A program made the translations under genes and the position numbers. Shown piece after piece: positions 16,695 through 25,815 of a stretch of DNA of 57,777 nucleotides. The first letter of the stretch is position 1, and every line of letters begins with the position of its first letter. The notes beneath the pieces were generated by a model. It had not been told where the DNA came from. It saw only the letters and a program-made list of their open reading frames with translations, and ran no database searches. The DNA lies in contig JAYPJF010000001.1 of the NCBI GenBank assembly GCA_038128225.1, positions 318,740 to 376,516 on the forward strand. Reading direction: 5' to 3'. The DNA is from a bacterium. Its GTDB lineage: Bacteria > Patescibacteriota > Minisyncoccia > Phycocordibacterales > UBA2100.

Positions 16695-17543
16695 ATGACT
16701 ACGAAGAAACTTGCCGTTGTGACAGGCGGTGAGGGGTTTATCGGATCGAATCTTTGCAAGAGACTTGTACCCCAGTGGCGTGTTATATCGATCGATAATC
16801 ATGCAACGACGGATGGGCTACATGTCGCAGGGGTTGAGTATCGAGAGGGGCACACAAAAGACATTCAGCAGATTATTCCAGAAACGCCCGATATTATTTT
16901 CCATCTTGCAGAGTACGCGCGCCCAGAAAAAAGTTTTGAAGATATCGCGCTTGTTTGGGATCTCAATATGATTGGAACGTTCGGTGTTCTAGAGTATTGG
17001 CGCGCACGAAAATGTAAGCTGGTGTACGGGGGTTCTTCAACCAAATTTGCTGACGGGGGTTTAGGCCGTGACCAGAGTCCCTATGCGTGGACAAAGGCAG
17101 CAAACACAGAATTAGTGCGCAACTATGGGGAGTGGTTTTTGCTTCCGTATGCAATCACTTACTTCTACAATGTTTTTGGCCCAGGTGAGCGCGCGGGGAA
17201 GTATGGTACGGTTATTGAAATTTTTAAGCAGCAATATATGCGAGGGGAACCTCTGACGGTTACCGAACCTGGAACGCAGCGGCGCAATTTTACGCATGTG
17301 GATGACATTATTGACGGACTATTGCTCGTTGCCGAAAAAGGAGAAGGTGACGAATTTGGAATTGGGAATGAAAAAGACTATTCGATTCTTGAGATTGCAC
17401 AGATGTTTGGAAGTGAAGTGCAAATGCTACCACCTGTGCAAGGAAATCGCATGCAAGGTTTTATTGATACAAAGCGAATGAAAGAGCTTGGCTGGGAAGC
17501 GAAACGGGCGCTAGAGGATTACGTACGCGAGATTACGACATGA
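16695..17543 (+). CDS. NAD-dependent nucleotide-sugar epimerase/dehydratase
   Basis: VVTGGEGFIGS, SPYAWTK (YxxxK), YNVFGP, RNFTHVDDI. Confidence 0.9.
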   Translation: MTTKKLAVVTGGEGFIGSNLCKRLVPQWRVISIDNHATTDGLHVAGVEYREGHTKDIQQIIPETPDIIFHLAEYARPEKSFEDIALVWDLNMIGTFGVLEYWRARKCKLVYGGSSTKFADGGLGRDQSPYAWTKAANTELVRNYGEWFLLPYAITYFYNVFGPGERAGKYGTVIEIFKQQYMRGEPLTVTEPGTQRRNFTHVDDIIDGLLLVAEKGEGDEFGIGNEKDYSILEIAQMFGSEVQMLPPVQGNRMQGFIDTKRMKELGWEAKRALEDYVREITT

Positions 17544-18736
17544 AACCTCGCATTTTGATTTTTACATCAACGTATTTCCCGTATGTTGGTGGCGCAGAGG
17601 TGGCGATTAAGGAAATTACATCACGGCTTGCGGCTGAATATAATTTTGATTTAGTGTGCGCTCGTTACGATTTCTCCTTGCCTTTTGTGGAACAAGTTGG
17701 CGCCGTGCGCGTATATCGGATTGGTTTTGGTATACGCGTTCTTGATAAAATTCTCATCCCGTTTGCGAGCGCTCTGTGGGCCGCCGCGCAAAGCGCACGT
17801 GTACGCTACAGTGCCTACTGGGCAGTTATGGTTACCTATGGGTCCGGCGGCGCATACATTGCAAATATGGTGAGATTTTGGGCGCCTGTCCCAATAATCC
17901 TCACTCTTCAAGAAGGGGACCCGCCTGAATACATTAGAACAAAATGGTTTGGAGTATTGGGCTTGTCATGGCGTCTCGCGCTTGCCCGGAGTGCCGTAGT
18001 GACCGTTATCAGCTCGTACTTGGGTGATGTCGCACGCAGTTTTGGCTACACTGGCGAAACTCTTCTGGTACCAAATGGGGTTGCTGTACGCATGTTTGCT
18101 CGAATGCGGGCGCGCTCAATTGACACGCATTGCGTACGCTTAATTACAACTTCACGACTGGTCTATAAGAACGCAATAGATGACATAATACGAGCACTCG
18201 TTTTTTTGCCTACTTCAGTAACCTTGAGTGTGTACGGCGTTGGACAGGACGAGGTGGCACTTAAAGCGCTTGCTGGTTCGCTGAAACTTGAGACTCGAGT
18301 TCATTTTTGCGGACACTGCACGCATCAGGAATTGCCTGATGTTCTCGCGGAGCATGACATCTTTATTCGACCCAGTCGCTCCGAAGGTATGGGCAACTCG
18401 TTTATTGAAGCGATGGCAGCAGGATTGCCGGTGATTGCAACACAAGAGGGAGGCATCGCAGATTTTCTCTTTGACGCTCAACGTAATCCAGATAAAAATA
18501 CGACTGGGTGGGCGGTTGATAAAGATAACCCAAAACAGATTGCAGAAGCGGTAAAGAATATTATTGCAAACCCTGACCAAGTGAAGAAAGTTACAGAGAC
18601 AGCTAAACGCATGGTTGAACAACAGTATGACTGGGATTTGATCGCGCACGCCATGCAAGAAAAAGTCTTCGATCCAGTCTTAAAAAACACATCTAGCACT
18701 TGCCTTTTTTATGGTCCCGGTGTTAACTCAAGGTAG
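17540..18736 (+). CDS. Glycosyltransferase family 4
   Basis: GGAE, VPNGV, PSRSEGMGNSFIEAMAAGLPVI. Confidence 0.92.
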   Translation: MKPRILIFTSTYFPYVGGAEVAIKEITSRLAAEYNFDLVCARYDFSLPFVEQVGAVRVYRIGFGIRVLDKILIPFASALWAAAQSARVRYSAYWAVMVTYGSGGAYIANMVRFWAPVPIILTLQEGDPPEYIRTKWFGVLGLSWRLALARSAVVTVISSYLGDVARSFGYTGETLLVPNGVAVRMFARMRARSIDTHCVRLITTSRLVYKNAIDDIIRALVFLPTSVTLSVYGVGQDEVALKALAGSLKLETRVHFCGHCTHQELPDVLAEHDIFIRPSRSEGMGNSFIEAMAAGLPVIATQEGGIADFLFDAQRNPDKNTTGWAVDKDNPKQIAEAVKNIIANPDQVKKVTETAKRMVEQQYDWDLIAHAMQEKVFDPVLKNTSSTCLFYGPGVNSR

Positions 18737-18774
18737 TCCGGTACTTAGTCACGACCGGGCAGAAAGGGAATCCA

Positions 18775-18969
18775 ATGTGGAACCCGCAGATGGCTTTTGC
18801 ATACATGACTTTTGCCGGGTTGCGGAGCGCGATGGAGTGGAACAGCCGCTTCATTGATGCGTGGATTAAGGACATGAGGGTCTTTGCCCGCATGGTTCCG
18901 AACTTCGACGGTGTTCGCAGCAGACGCGCCTTTCATGGCCCGCCAAAAAGGAGCGCGGGCCAATTCTAG
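18775..18969 (+). CDS. Small hypothetical protein (64 aa)
   Basis: AAGGGA upstream of the ATG; followed by a 9-bp hairpin at 18992-19015. Confidence 0.45.
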   Translation: MWNPQMAFAYMTFAGLRSAMEWNSRFIDAWIKDMRVFARMVPNFDGVRSRRAFHGPPKRSAGQF

Positions 18970-19033
18970 CCGTCTTTGCGGCCACAAAACCGAACGGGGC
19001 AATCATGCCCCGTTCTTGCATCGGAGGAGCGAT

Positions 19034-19162
19034 ATGCCGGTGTGGATCCTGTTTGGTATTGTGTGCCAATCGCTTTTTCTGGGCTCGTTTATTCATCATC
19101 CCGGATTTCGTATGATGATGAGTATAAAGTACCCAAGCGACGAGAAAGACGCGGCGCCGTAG
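19034..19162 (+). CDS. Small hypothetical protein (42 aa, hydrophobic N-terminus)
   Basis: GGAGGAG upstream of the ATG at 19034. The stop codon lies in or next to the loop of a 10-bp GC hairpin (19149-19171). Confidence 0.4.
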   Translation: MPVWILFGIVCQSLFLGSFIHHPGFRMMMSIKYPSDEKDAAP

Positions 19163-19204
19163 GCGCCGCGTTGCTTCATGTAAACACTCTGTTAGAGTTT
19201 CATC

Positions 19205-20290
19205 ATGCGTATTGTGATTGCAACAGGACTTTATCCGCCTGAAATAGGCGGACCTGCAACGTACACGGCATTAATGGAAACAGCGTTACCTACACTGGGA
19301 CACGTGGTCACTGTTGTGCCATTTTCACGCGTACGGGCACAACCAAAAATTATTCGCCATATTGTATATACGCGAAACTTGATTCGTGCGGCGCGCGATG
19401 CCGATATAATTCTTGCACTCGACACGGTTTCAGTTGGTCTTCCTTCACTGGTCTGCGCATGGATTACGCACACAAAGCTGGTAGTGCGAGTGCCGGGTGA
19501 TTACGCGTGGGAGCAAGGACGGCAACGCTTCGGTGTGCGTGAAAGTCTTGAAGACTTTCAGAAGCGCTCACACAATCCACTCGTGATGTTTTTGCAATAT
19601 ATCCAGGCGTTGGTTGTTACCCAAGCTGCGCAGGTTATTGTACCGAGTACCTTTATGGCGCACCTCGTGCAGAGATGGGGAGTTCCTCATGAACGCATCA
19701 CCACAATCGAAAGCAGCATCGAACCGCTGCCTGAAACGATTATTCCGCACGCGGTAGTTGCCGGAGTGACAATTGTAAGCGTAGGGCGGCTTGTGCCATG
19801 GAAAGGATTTAAAGAACTTATTGACGCGGTCGCGGCCGAAGGACATTGGAGACTTGTGATTATCGGAGAGGGGCCGCAACGAGAAGAATTAGAACGCTAT
19901 GCAACAACACGCGACATGCGCGCACGCGTACATTTTGCCGGCGCACTTCCGCGGGAAGAAATGCTCAGTTGGGTCAAGGCTGCAGATGTGTTTGTCTTAT
20001 ATTCCGAATATGAAGGCCTTTCCCATGTGCTTGTTGAAGCGATGGCACTCGGGAGCCTCGTTGTCGTTTCTGATATCCCCGGGAATCGTGCCGTTGTGAG
20101 TCATGATGCAGATGGCACGCTCGTACCCGTGCATCAGGTAGCCGCTTTAACCGCGGCGATTCAAGGCATGCTTGCGCATCCGCAGAAAGATGTGGTGCGC
20201 GCGGCGGCAAGAAAACGTGCAAACGATTTTTCCATTGAAGTTACGGTACGCAAAGTAGCGGAACTACTGAACAGTGTATGCGCATCATAA
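19205..20290 (+). CDS. Glycosyltransferase family 4
   Basis: YPPEIGGPATY, GRLVPWKG, SEYEGLSHVLVEAMALG. Confidence 0.92.
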   Translation: MRIVIATGLYPPEIGGPATYTALMETALPTLGHVVTVVPFSRVRAQPKIIRHIVYTRNLIRAARDADIILALDTVSVGLPSLVCAWITHTKLVVRVPGDYAWEQGRQRFGVRESLEDFQKRSHNPLVMFLQYIQALVVTQAAQVIVPSTFMAHLVQRWGVPHERITTIESSIEPLPETIIPHAVVAGVTIVSVGRLVPWKGFKELIDAVAAEGHWRLVIIGEGPQREELERYATTRDMRARVHFAGALPREEMLSWVKAADVFVLYSEYEGLSHVLVEAMALGSLVVVSDIPGNRAVVSHDADGTLVPVHQVAALTAAIQGMLAHPQKDVVRAAARKRANDFSIEVTVRKVAELLNSVCAS

Positions 20291-21333
20291 GTATAAGCAC
20301 CGATCGATCTTTGTGTGATCCTGAAAGCGCTGTGGCCAATCGGCATCGCGCGTATGGTGCGTGCGCTGAGTTCCACATCATCGTATGTACCCTCCGTGGT
20401 TTTACTACACTTCATTTAAGTGACCGCGTGCACATCTATCCAACCAACTCGTCGACACCGTGGATGTATGGGGTCGATGTTTTAAGGATTGTATGGGCGA
20501 TGCGGGGCGATATAGTGACGGTCCAAAATCCATTCGAAATTGGCATCATCGGGTTAATTGTCTCACGTATAAAGCGAGTGCCGCTTCATGTGCAGATTCA
20601 TACCGACCTGTACTCTCCTTATTTTATAGGCGCTTCATGGGCCCAGTGTGTGCGGACTCTCCTTGCGCGTATAGTACTGCGGTGCGCGTCTCGCATTCGC
20701 GTTGTATTAGAGCGTACTCGAGATGAACTGCGGATGCGCGCGATTCGCGTGCCAATTACGGTGCTTCCAATTTTTGTTGATCGCGCGCATTTTGAATCCT
20801 TACCACGTCGCAAACACAGTCGCTTCAAAGTCGCTTTTTTGTTTGTCGGGCGCCTTGAAGCGGAAAAACGTCCTGAAGTTGCATTGAAAGCACTTGCGCA
20901 CGTGCGCGACGCTGGACACGATGCGGGGCTCACTTTTGTAGGCGATGGAACTTTGCTGTCGCAGCTGCGCGAAGCTGTGCGCAAGTATGGGTTAGAGCGC
21001 CATGTTGTTTTTATGGGTCATCAAAAAACACTTGACCACTTTTACGAAGAAGCAGATGCGCTTCTTGTTCCGTCTTTGTTTGAAGGATATGGCATGGCCA
21101 TGGTTGAGGCGCTCAGTGCAGGTGTTCCGGTCATAGCGACTAATGTTGGAGTTGCGCAAGACGCAGGGGCTATTATTGCGCCGCACGATCCCGCGGAGTT
21201 TGCTAGACGAACATTGGAATGGGTTCAACATGGTAACCAAAAAGGGGAGCTCACACTTACTTTGCGCGACTCTCTTACTGAATACGCGAGAGCGTATTGC
21301 GACGATATAGGCGCTACTTCCGCGGAAGCATAA
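20278..21333 (+). CDS. Glycosyltransferase family 4
   Basis: VGRLEAEK, PSLFEGYGMAMVEALSAGVPVI. Confidence 0.92.
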   Translation: MRIISISTDRSLCDPESAVANRHRAYGACAEFHIIVCTLRGFTTLHLSDRVHIYPTNSSTPWMYGVDVLRIVWAMRGDIVTVQNPFEIGIIGLIVSRIKRVPLHVQIHTDLYSPYFIGASWAQCVRTLLARIVLRCASRIRVVLERTRDELRMRAIRVPITVLPIFVDRAHFESLPRRKHSRFKVAFLFVGRLEAEKRPEVALKALAHVRDAGHDAGLTFVGDGTLLSQLREAVRKYGLERHVVFMGHQKTLDHFYEEADALLVPSLFEGYGMAMVEALSAGVPVIATNVGVAQDAGAIIAPHDPAEFARRTLEWVQHGNQKGELTLTLRDSLTEYARAYCDDIGATSAEA

Positions 21334-21351
21334 AAGCGCTACAATGCACGA

Positions 21352-22302
21352 ATGACTGCGCGACCCACGATTGGATTTATCGGACAGGGATTTATTGGCA
21401 AGAATTACGCAGACGATTTTGAAGAGCGAGGGTTTGTCGTCATACGCTACGCGCTCGAAGAACCGTATCGAAGCAATAAAGAGCGAATTGCTGAATGCGA
21501 TATTGTTTTTATTGCGGTACCGACGCCGACTACGCAGCATGGTTTTGATTCGAGTATTGTTGCTGAAGCGGTAAGTCTTGTGGGCGCAGGAAAAACCGCG
21601 GTTATCAAATCAACGGTACTACCGGGGGCGACCGACGCTATTCAGGAGCGATACTCAGATCGTTTTGTAATGATGTCGCCTGAGTTTCTTACTGAGGCGA
21701 CTGCGGCACACGACGCACGCCATCCGCATCGCAATATCGTGGGCATTCCCTTACAAACTCCTGAATATGAACATCGAGCCCAACAGGTGCTCGCTGTGCT
21801 ACCTAAAGCACCGTACCATGCAATTGTTCGGTCGAAGGAAGCGGAGTACATCAAGTACGGTGGCAACAACTGGTTTTACTTCAAAGTCATTTTTATCAAT
21901 ATATTGTATGACCTGGTGCGATCGGACGGTTGTGATTGGGATGTGATTAAGAAAGGTATGGCAGCTGACCCGCGTATTGGTTCGTCGCATCTAAATCCTG
22001 TGCACGCAGGGGGTGTGATTGGCGAAACGCCACTTAAATTTAATGAGCTTCATCTCGAGCCAGTACATAAAAGCGGGAGAGGCGCCGGCGGGCATTGTTT
22101 CATCAAAGATTTTGCGGCGTTTTCGAAATTGTATGCTGAACGGTTTCCTGACGACGCGCATGGTATCGCCGTGCTGCAAGCGCTTGAGTGTAAAAATATT
22201 GATTTACTTACTGGAACAGGCAAGGATCTCGACATACTTGCCGGCGTATATGGCGCCAAGCCTGAATTGCTATGCGACTCCTCATCTTTACTCAAGCGGT
22301 AG
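21352..22302 (+). CDS. UDP-glucose/GDP-mannose dehydrogenase family protein (short form)
   Basis: IGQGFIG, IAVPTP, IKST, SPEFL, DPRIG, GAGGHCFIKD. At 316 aa it seems to lack the usual C-terminal domain. Confidence 0.85.
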   Translation: MTARPTIGFIGQGFIGKNYADDFEERGFVVIRYALEEPYRSNKERIAECDIVFIAVPTPTTQHGFDSSIVAEAVSLVGAGKTAVIKSTVLPGATDAIQERYSDRFVMMSPEFLTEATAAHDARHPHRNIVGIPLQTPEYEHRAQQVLAVLPKAPYHAIVRSKEAEYIKYGGNNWFYFKVIFINILYDLVRSDGCDWDVIKKGMAADPRIGSSHLNPVHAGGVIGETPLKFNELHLEPVHKSGRGAGGHCFIKDFAAFSKLYAERFPDDAHGIAVLQALECKNIDLLTGTGKDLDILAGVYGAKPELLCDSSSLLKR

Positions 22303-23300
22303 ACAAGCGCGATCCAGTGCTTGGCTTTTTTCATGGGTGGATCGAGTGTTTCGCACAACGATTCGAGCGTGTCACGGTTGTGTGTCTCAGAAAAGGCGAG
22401 TATGCGCTCCCCAAGAACGTGGTTATATTTTCGCTCGGCAAGGAGATGCGGCGGTCGCGTTTTGGGTATCTCGCGCAGTTCTTTTATGCATTGTTTCGAT
22501 TTTCGCGACACAACATGGTTTTTGTGCACATGAATTTTGAGTACATGCTTCTGGGTGCGTGGTGGTGGTCACTACTTCGTGTAAAGAAAGTGCTTTGGTA
22601 CAATCATCGGCAAGGATCGTGGCTGGTGCGCGCGGCTTCAAAGTGTGCAACATGCGTATTGTATACGTCTCCTGACGCATATACGGCGTCACTGCCGCGC
22701 GCGAAGCAGATGCCTGTTGGTGTGGACATGACGTTATTTGCGCCAGTTTCGCAAGAACACACGCCTACGCGTTTACTTATATTCGGGAGACTTTCACCGG
22801 TTAAGAAAATCGACGTCATTATTGATGCGTTGATCGCACTGCGAGATCGCAACCAGTTTTTTGTTGCGTCTTTGGTTGGAGACCCCACAGACGCAGATAG
22901 TGAATTTGCTGCACATGTGCGCGAGCGTGCCCGAACGCTTGTTGAAGGCGGGATTCTTTCGGTTTCGGGTTCAGTGGCGCATGAAAATTCACCAGCACTG
23001 TACCAATCGCATGATATCTATATAAACATGACGGCCCCGGGTAGTTTCGACAAAACAATTATCGAGGCGATGGCGTGTGGCATGGTGGTGGTGGCGCGCA
23101 ACGACGCGGTTAAAGACGTTCTGGGTCAGGGGTGGGTCGAAAACGACTCTCGAGAAGCACTCGAGCGCTCGCTTGTGTGGGCACTTGCGCTTACCTCAGA
23201 AGAACGGCATCGTGTGGGGGTGCAGTTGAGGGAATACGCAAAACGCGAACATGGCCTTGCGTCTCTTGCGGACAAGCTCAGCGCATGTACCTCTTCATGA
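22272..23300 (+). CDS. Glycosyltransferase family 4
   Basis: D..LGFFHGW, GRLSPVK, GSFDKTIIEAMACG. Confidence 0.88.
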   Translation: MRLLIFTQAVDKRDPVLGFFHGWIECFAQRFERVTVVCLRKGEYALPKNVVIFSLGKEMRRSRFGYLAQFFYALFRFSRHNMVFVHMNFEYMLLGAWWWSLLRVKKVLWYNHRQGSWLVRAASKCATCVLYTSPDAYTASLPRAKQMPVGVDMTLFAPVSQEHTPTRLLIFGRLSPVKKIDVIIDALIALRDRNQFFVASLVGDPTDADSEFAAHVRERARTLVEGGILSVSGSVAHENSPALYQSHDIYINMTAPGSFDKTIIEAMACGMVVVARNDAVKDVLGQGWVENDSREALERSLVWALALTSEERHRVGVQLREYAKREHGLASLADKLSACTSS

Positions 23301-24739
23301 AATTCTTCGTCAAAGAAGTCTTGTTTCGGGTGTTGAATGTATGCTCACAGCGCACCGGGGGCTCAATATTGATGTACCATTCAATTGGGAAAAACAAAGC
23401 AGGTTTTACCGTTTCGCCCGACACATTTGCGGCACAGGTCGCATATCTTAAAAAACACTACACCGTGGTGCCTGTATCACATTTTGTGGACATGCTTAGG
23501 CGCGGACAAGATTTGCGCAAGGTTGTCGCGATTACTATCGATGACGGGTATCACGACTTGTATGAATACGTGTTGCTAATTGTACGCACGCATGCGATTC
23601 CTGTATCGGTATTCATTCCAACCGCATGCGTCGGAGGGAGCCTCACGAACTCAGAAGGTGTAACGTTGCCCATTCTTACTCGGGAACACATTGACGAGAT
23701 GAGGCAGACAGAGCTGATTGAGTTTTTACCGCATGCAGCATCACACACAGCGCTCTCGTCTCTTACACCTGAGACGGCGAATAAAGAAATCGATCAGGCG
23801 CACGACTACATCACGGCGCTCAATGGCGCACCGCCGGAGGTGTTTGCGGCACCAAAAGGAAAATATACTGATCAGGTCATTGCACATCTCCAGCAAAAGA
23901 AATATCGCGCAGCGTTATCGGTTGAACCAGGGTTGGTGCATACGCGCGACGAACGTTTTCTGTTACCGCGTAACGGAGTTAATGCAGCGACAACGTTCGC
24001 GCAATTTGCCGGTAGTGTCACGTCTACAATCGAAATATACCGTGCGTTGGTCACATGGACTTCGCGTATTGGTTTAGTCGCGTATGACATATATGCATTT
24101 TTTGAACACGTACTAACAGGGAAGACGATCTACCGATTTTTATTCAATCGTGCCGTATGGCGACGCGCACGACAAATTCGCGGACGAGTGCTCGATGTCG
24201 CTTCAGGCACATCCCCGAGCTATCATCGGTATCTCAAACGGGATGTTGAGCTTATTGTTGGCGATACGCGCACTGGAATGCCTGCGCACACGTACCTTGA
24301 TATGGATCAACCGCTCCCGTTTCCTGATGAGCATTTTGATGCGGTACTGTTGTTTAACGCACTGTACATTGTGCGTGATCAAAACGCGCTTTTCCGCGAG
24401 CTGCATCGAGTGTTACGACGGGGCGGCCGGGCATACATCGCCTCACCTTTTTTGGTTCACGAGATGCGCGAACCGCATGATTATGTGCGCCTTACTTCCG
24501 AAGGGCTCGAACGACTTGCTCTCGAAAGTACATTTCGCATCCGAGAACTTGAATCATTAGGCGAACGATTTACCGTCTGTGCGCATCTCTCGGGCTCGGT
24601 TAGCTCGCATATACTTTTCCGCCCTATTCGTCTTGTGTTATACAGCATGGGGTTACTACTCGATATGATAGTGCCGCGTCGATTACATAAAAAGCTACCT
24701 GCAACAGCGGGATATTTTCTTGTTGTCGAACGCTCATGA
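23297..24739 (+). CDS. Polysaccharide deacetylase (NodB/CE4) fused to class I methyltransferase
   Basis: N-terminal ILMYHSI..ITIDDGY (CE4); C-terminal VLDVASG..LPFPDEHFDAVL..RVLRRGG..PHDY.R.T..GL. Confidence 0.85.
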   Translation: MKFFVKEVLFRVLNVCSQRTGGSILMYHSIGKNKAGFTVSPDTFAAQVAYLKKHYTVVPVSHFVDMLRRGQDLRKVVAITIDDGYHDLYEYVLLIVRTHAIPVSVFIPTACVGGSLTNSEGVTLPILTREHIDEMRQTELIEFLPHAASHTALSSLTPETANKEIDQAHDYITALNGAPPEVFAAPKGKYTDQVIAHLQQKKYRAALSVEPGLVHTRDERFLLPRNGVNAATTFAQFAGSVTSTIEIYRALVTWTSRIGLVAYDIYAFFEHVLTGKTIYRFLFNRAVWRRARQIRGRVLDVASGTSPSYHRYLKRDVELIVGDTRTGMPAHTYLDMDQPLPFPDEHFDAVLLFNALYIVRDQNALFRELHRVLRRGGRAYIASPFLVHEMREPHDYVRLTSEGLERLALESTFRIRELESLGERFTVCAHLSGSVSSHILFRPIRLVLYSMGLLLDMIVPRRLHKKLPATAGYFLVVERS

Positions 24740-25815
24740 AACTTTTGTACGCCACGTCCATAAAATACCCCTCGCCACTTGCCAATCGCATGCAAGTAAC
24801 CGATATGGCGCATGCTTTTCATAAAGCGCTCGGGAACAATTTTGTGTTTGGTGGTCGCAATGTACCTCCTGGCTCATACGCGGCACTTCTGAGGATTGAG
24901 GGCAGAAAGCGCAGTTTTTTGTTCGCATGGCGCTATATTACGACACTTACGCGGGCACGTATTACGCATGTATATTGTCGGGAAAAACGCCTCCTTTTTT
25001 TCATGCTTTTGTATAGCAAACTTTTTCCATCATTGCGCTCAGTCCGCTTTTATATGGAAGAACACGCCGCACCTGAAAAAGCGTGGTGGTATCGCTTCAT
25101 ACTCCAGCAGGTTTCAGGCGTAGTATGCCTCTCTCCTATTATTGAGCGTGATATCAAAGGGATGGCACCGCGCGTGGCAACGCTCGTTGCGCCGCATGGG
25201 GTGACGCCTGAGGTATTCGATATTCCTGTAACAAAAGAAGAAGCACGGATTCGCTTCAATCTTCCGGAAGCGTTTATTTGTACGTACGTAGGCTCACTGT
25301 CTACTATGGGAGGCGTTCAAAAAGGGGCTGATGTGCTACTTGCGGCGCTTGCGCAACTTGCGCCTGAGACCTCCATACAACTACTTTTTGTGGGGCCAGG
25401 CGCACAAGATGCGCGCTATCTGCAAGAAAAAGCAAGGGGCATGGGACTTGCGGGGCGCGTCCATAGCACCGAGCGCGTTTCTCGTGAAGAGGTGGCTTGG
25501 TATCAAAAAGCAAGCGATGTTTTGCTCCTGCCGCTTCTGCCAAATGAGTACACGCATATGCTCCCACTTAAAGTGTTCGAGTATATGTTGAGTAAGCGCC
25601 CGATTATTGCATCAGACCTCCCGTCACTCGAAGGAGTGCTTGATGAAACTAATGCGCTGTTAGTGCCACCAAATGATGCAGGCGCGCTCGCTCGTGTGCT
25701 TGTCGAGGTTCAGCAGCGTGTGCCAGGCGAGAAGGTCGAGAATGCGTATCGTCGCGCGCTCTCGCACACGTGGGACGCGCGAGCCGCACTCACCATCACA
25801 TTTATGACCGTATGA
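24736..25815 (+). CDS. Glycosyltransferase family 4
   Basis: ANRMQV..MAHAF, KGADV, PLKVFEYMLSKRPIIASDLP. Confidence 0.9.
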   Translation: MKLLYATSIKYPSPLANRMQVTDMAHAFHKALGNNFVFGGRNVPPGSYAALLRIEGRKRSFLFAWRYITTLTRARITHVYCREKRLLFFMLLYSKLFPSLRSVRFYMEEHAAPEKAWWYRFILQQVSGVVCLSPIIERDIKGMAPRVATLVAPHGVTPEVFDIPVTKEEARIRFNLPEAFICTYVGSLSTMGGVQKGADVLLAALAQLAPETSIQLLFVGPGAQDARYLQEKARGMGLAGRVHSTERVSREEVAWYQKASDVLLLPLLPNEYTHMLPLKVFEYMLSKRPIIASDLPSLEGVLDETNALLVPPNDAGALARVLVEVQQRVPGEKVENAYRRALSHTWDARAALTITFMTV

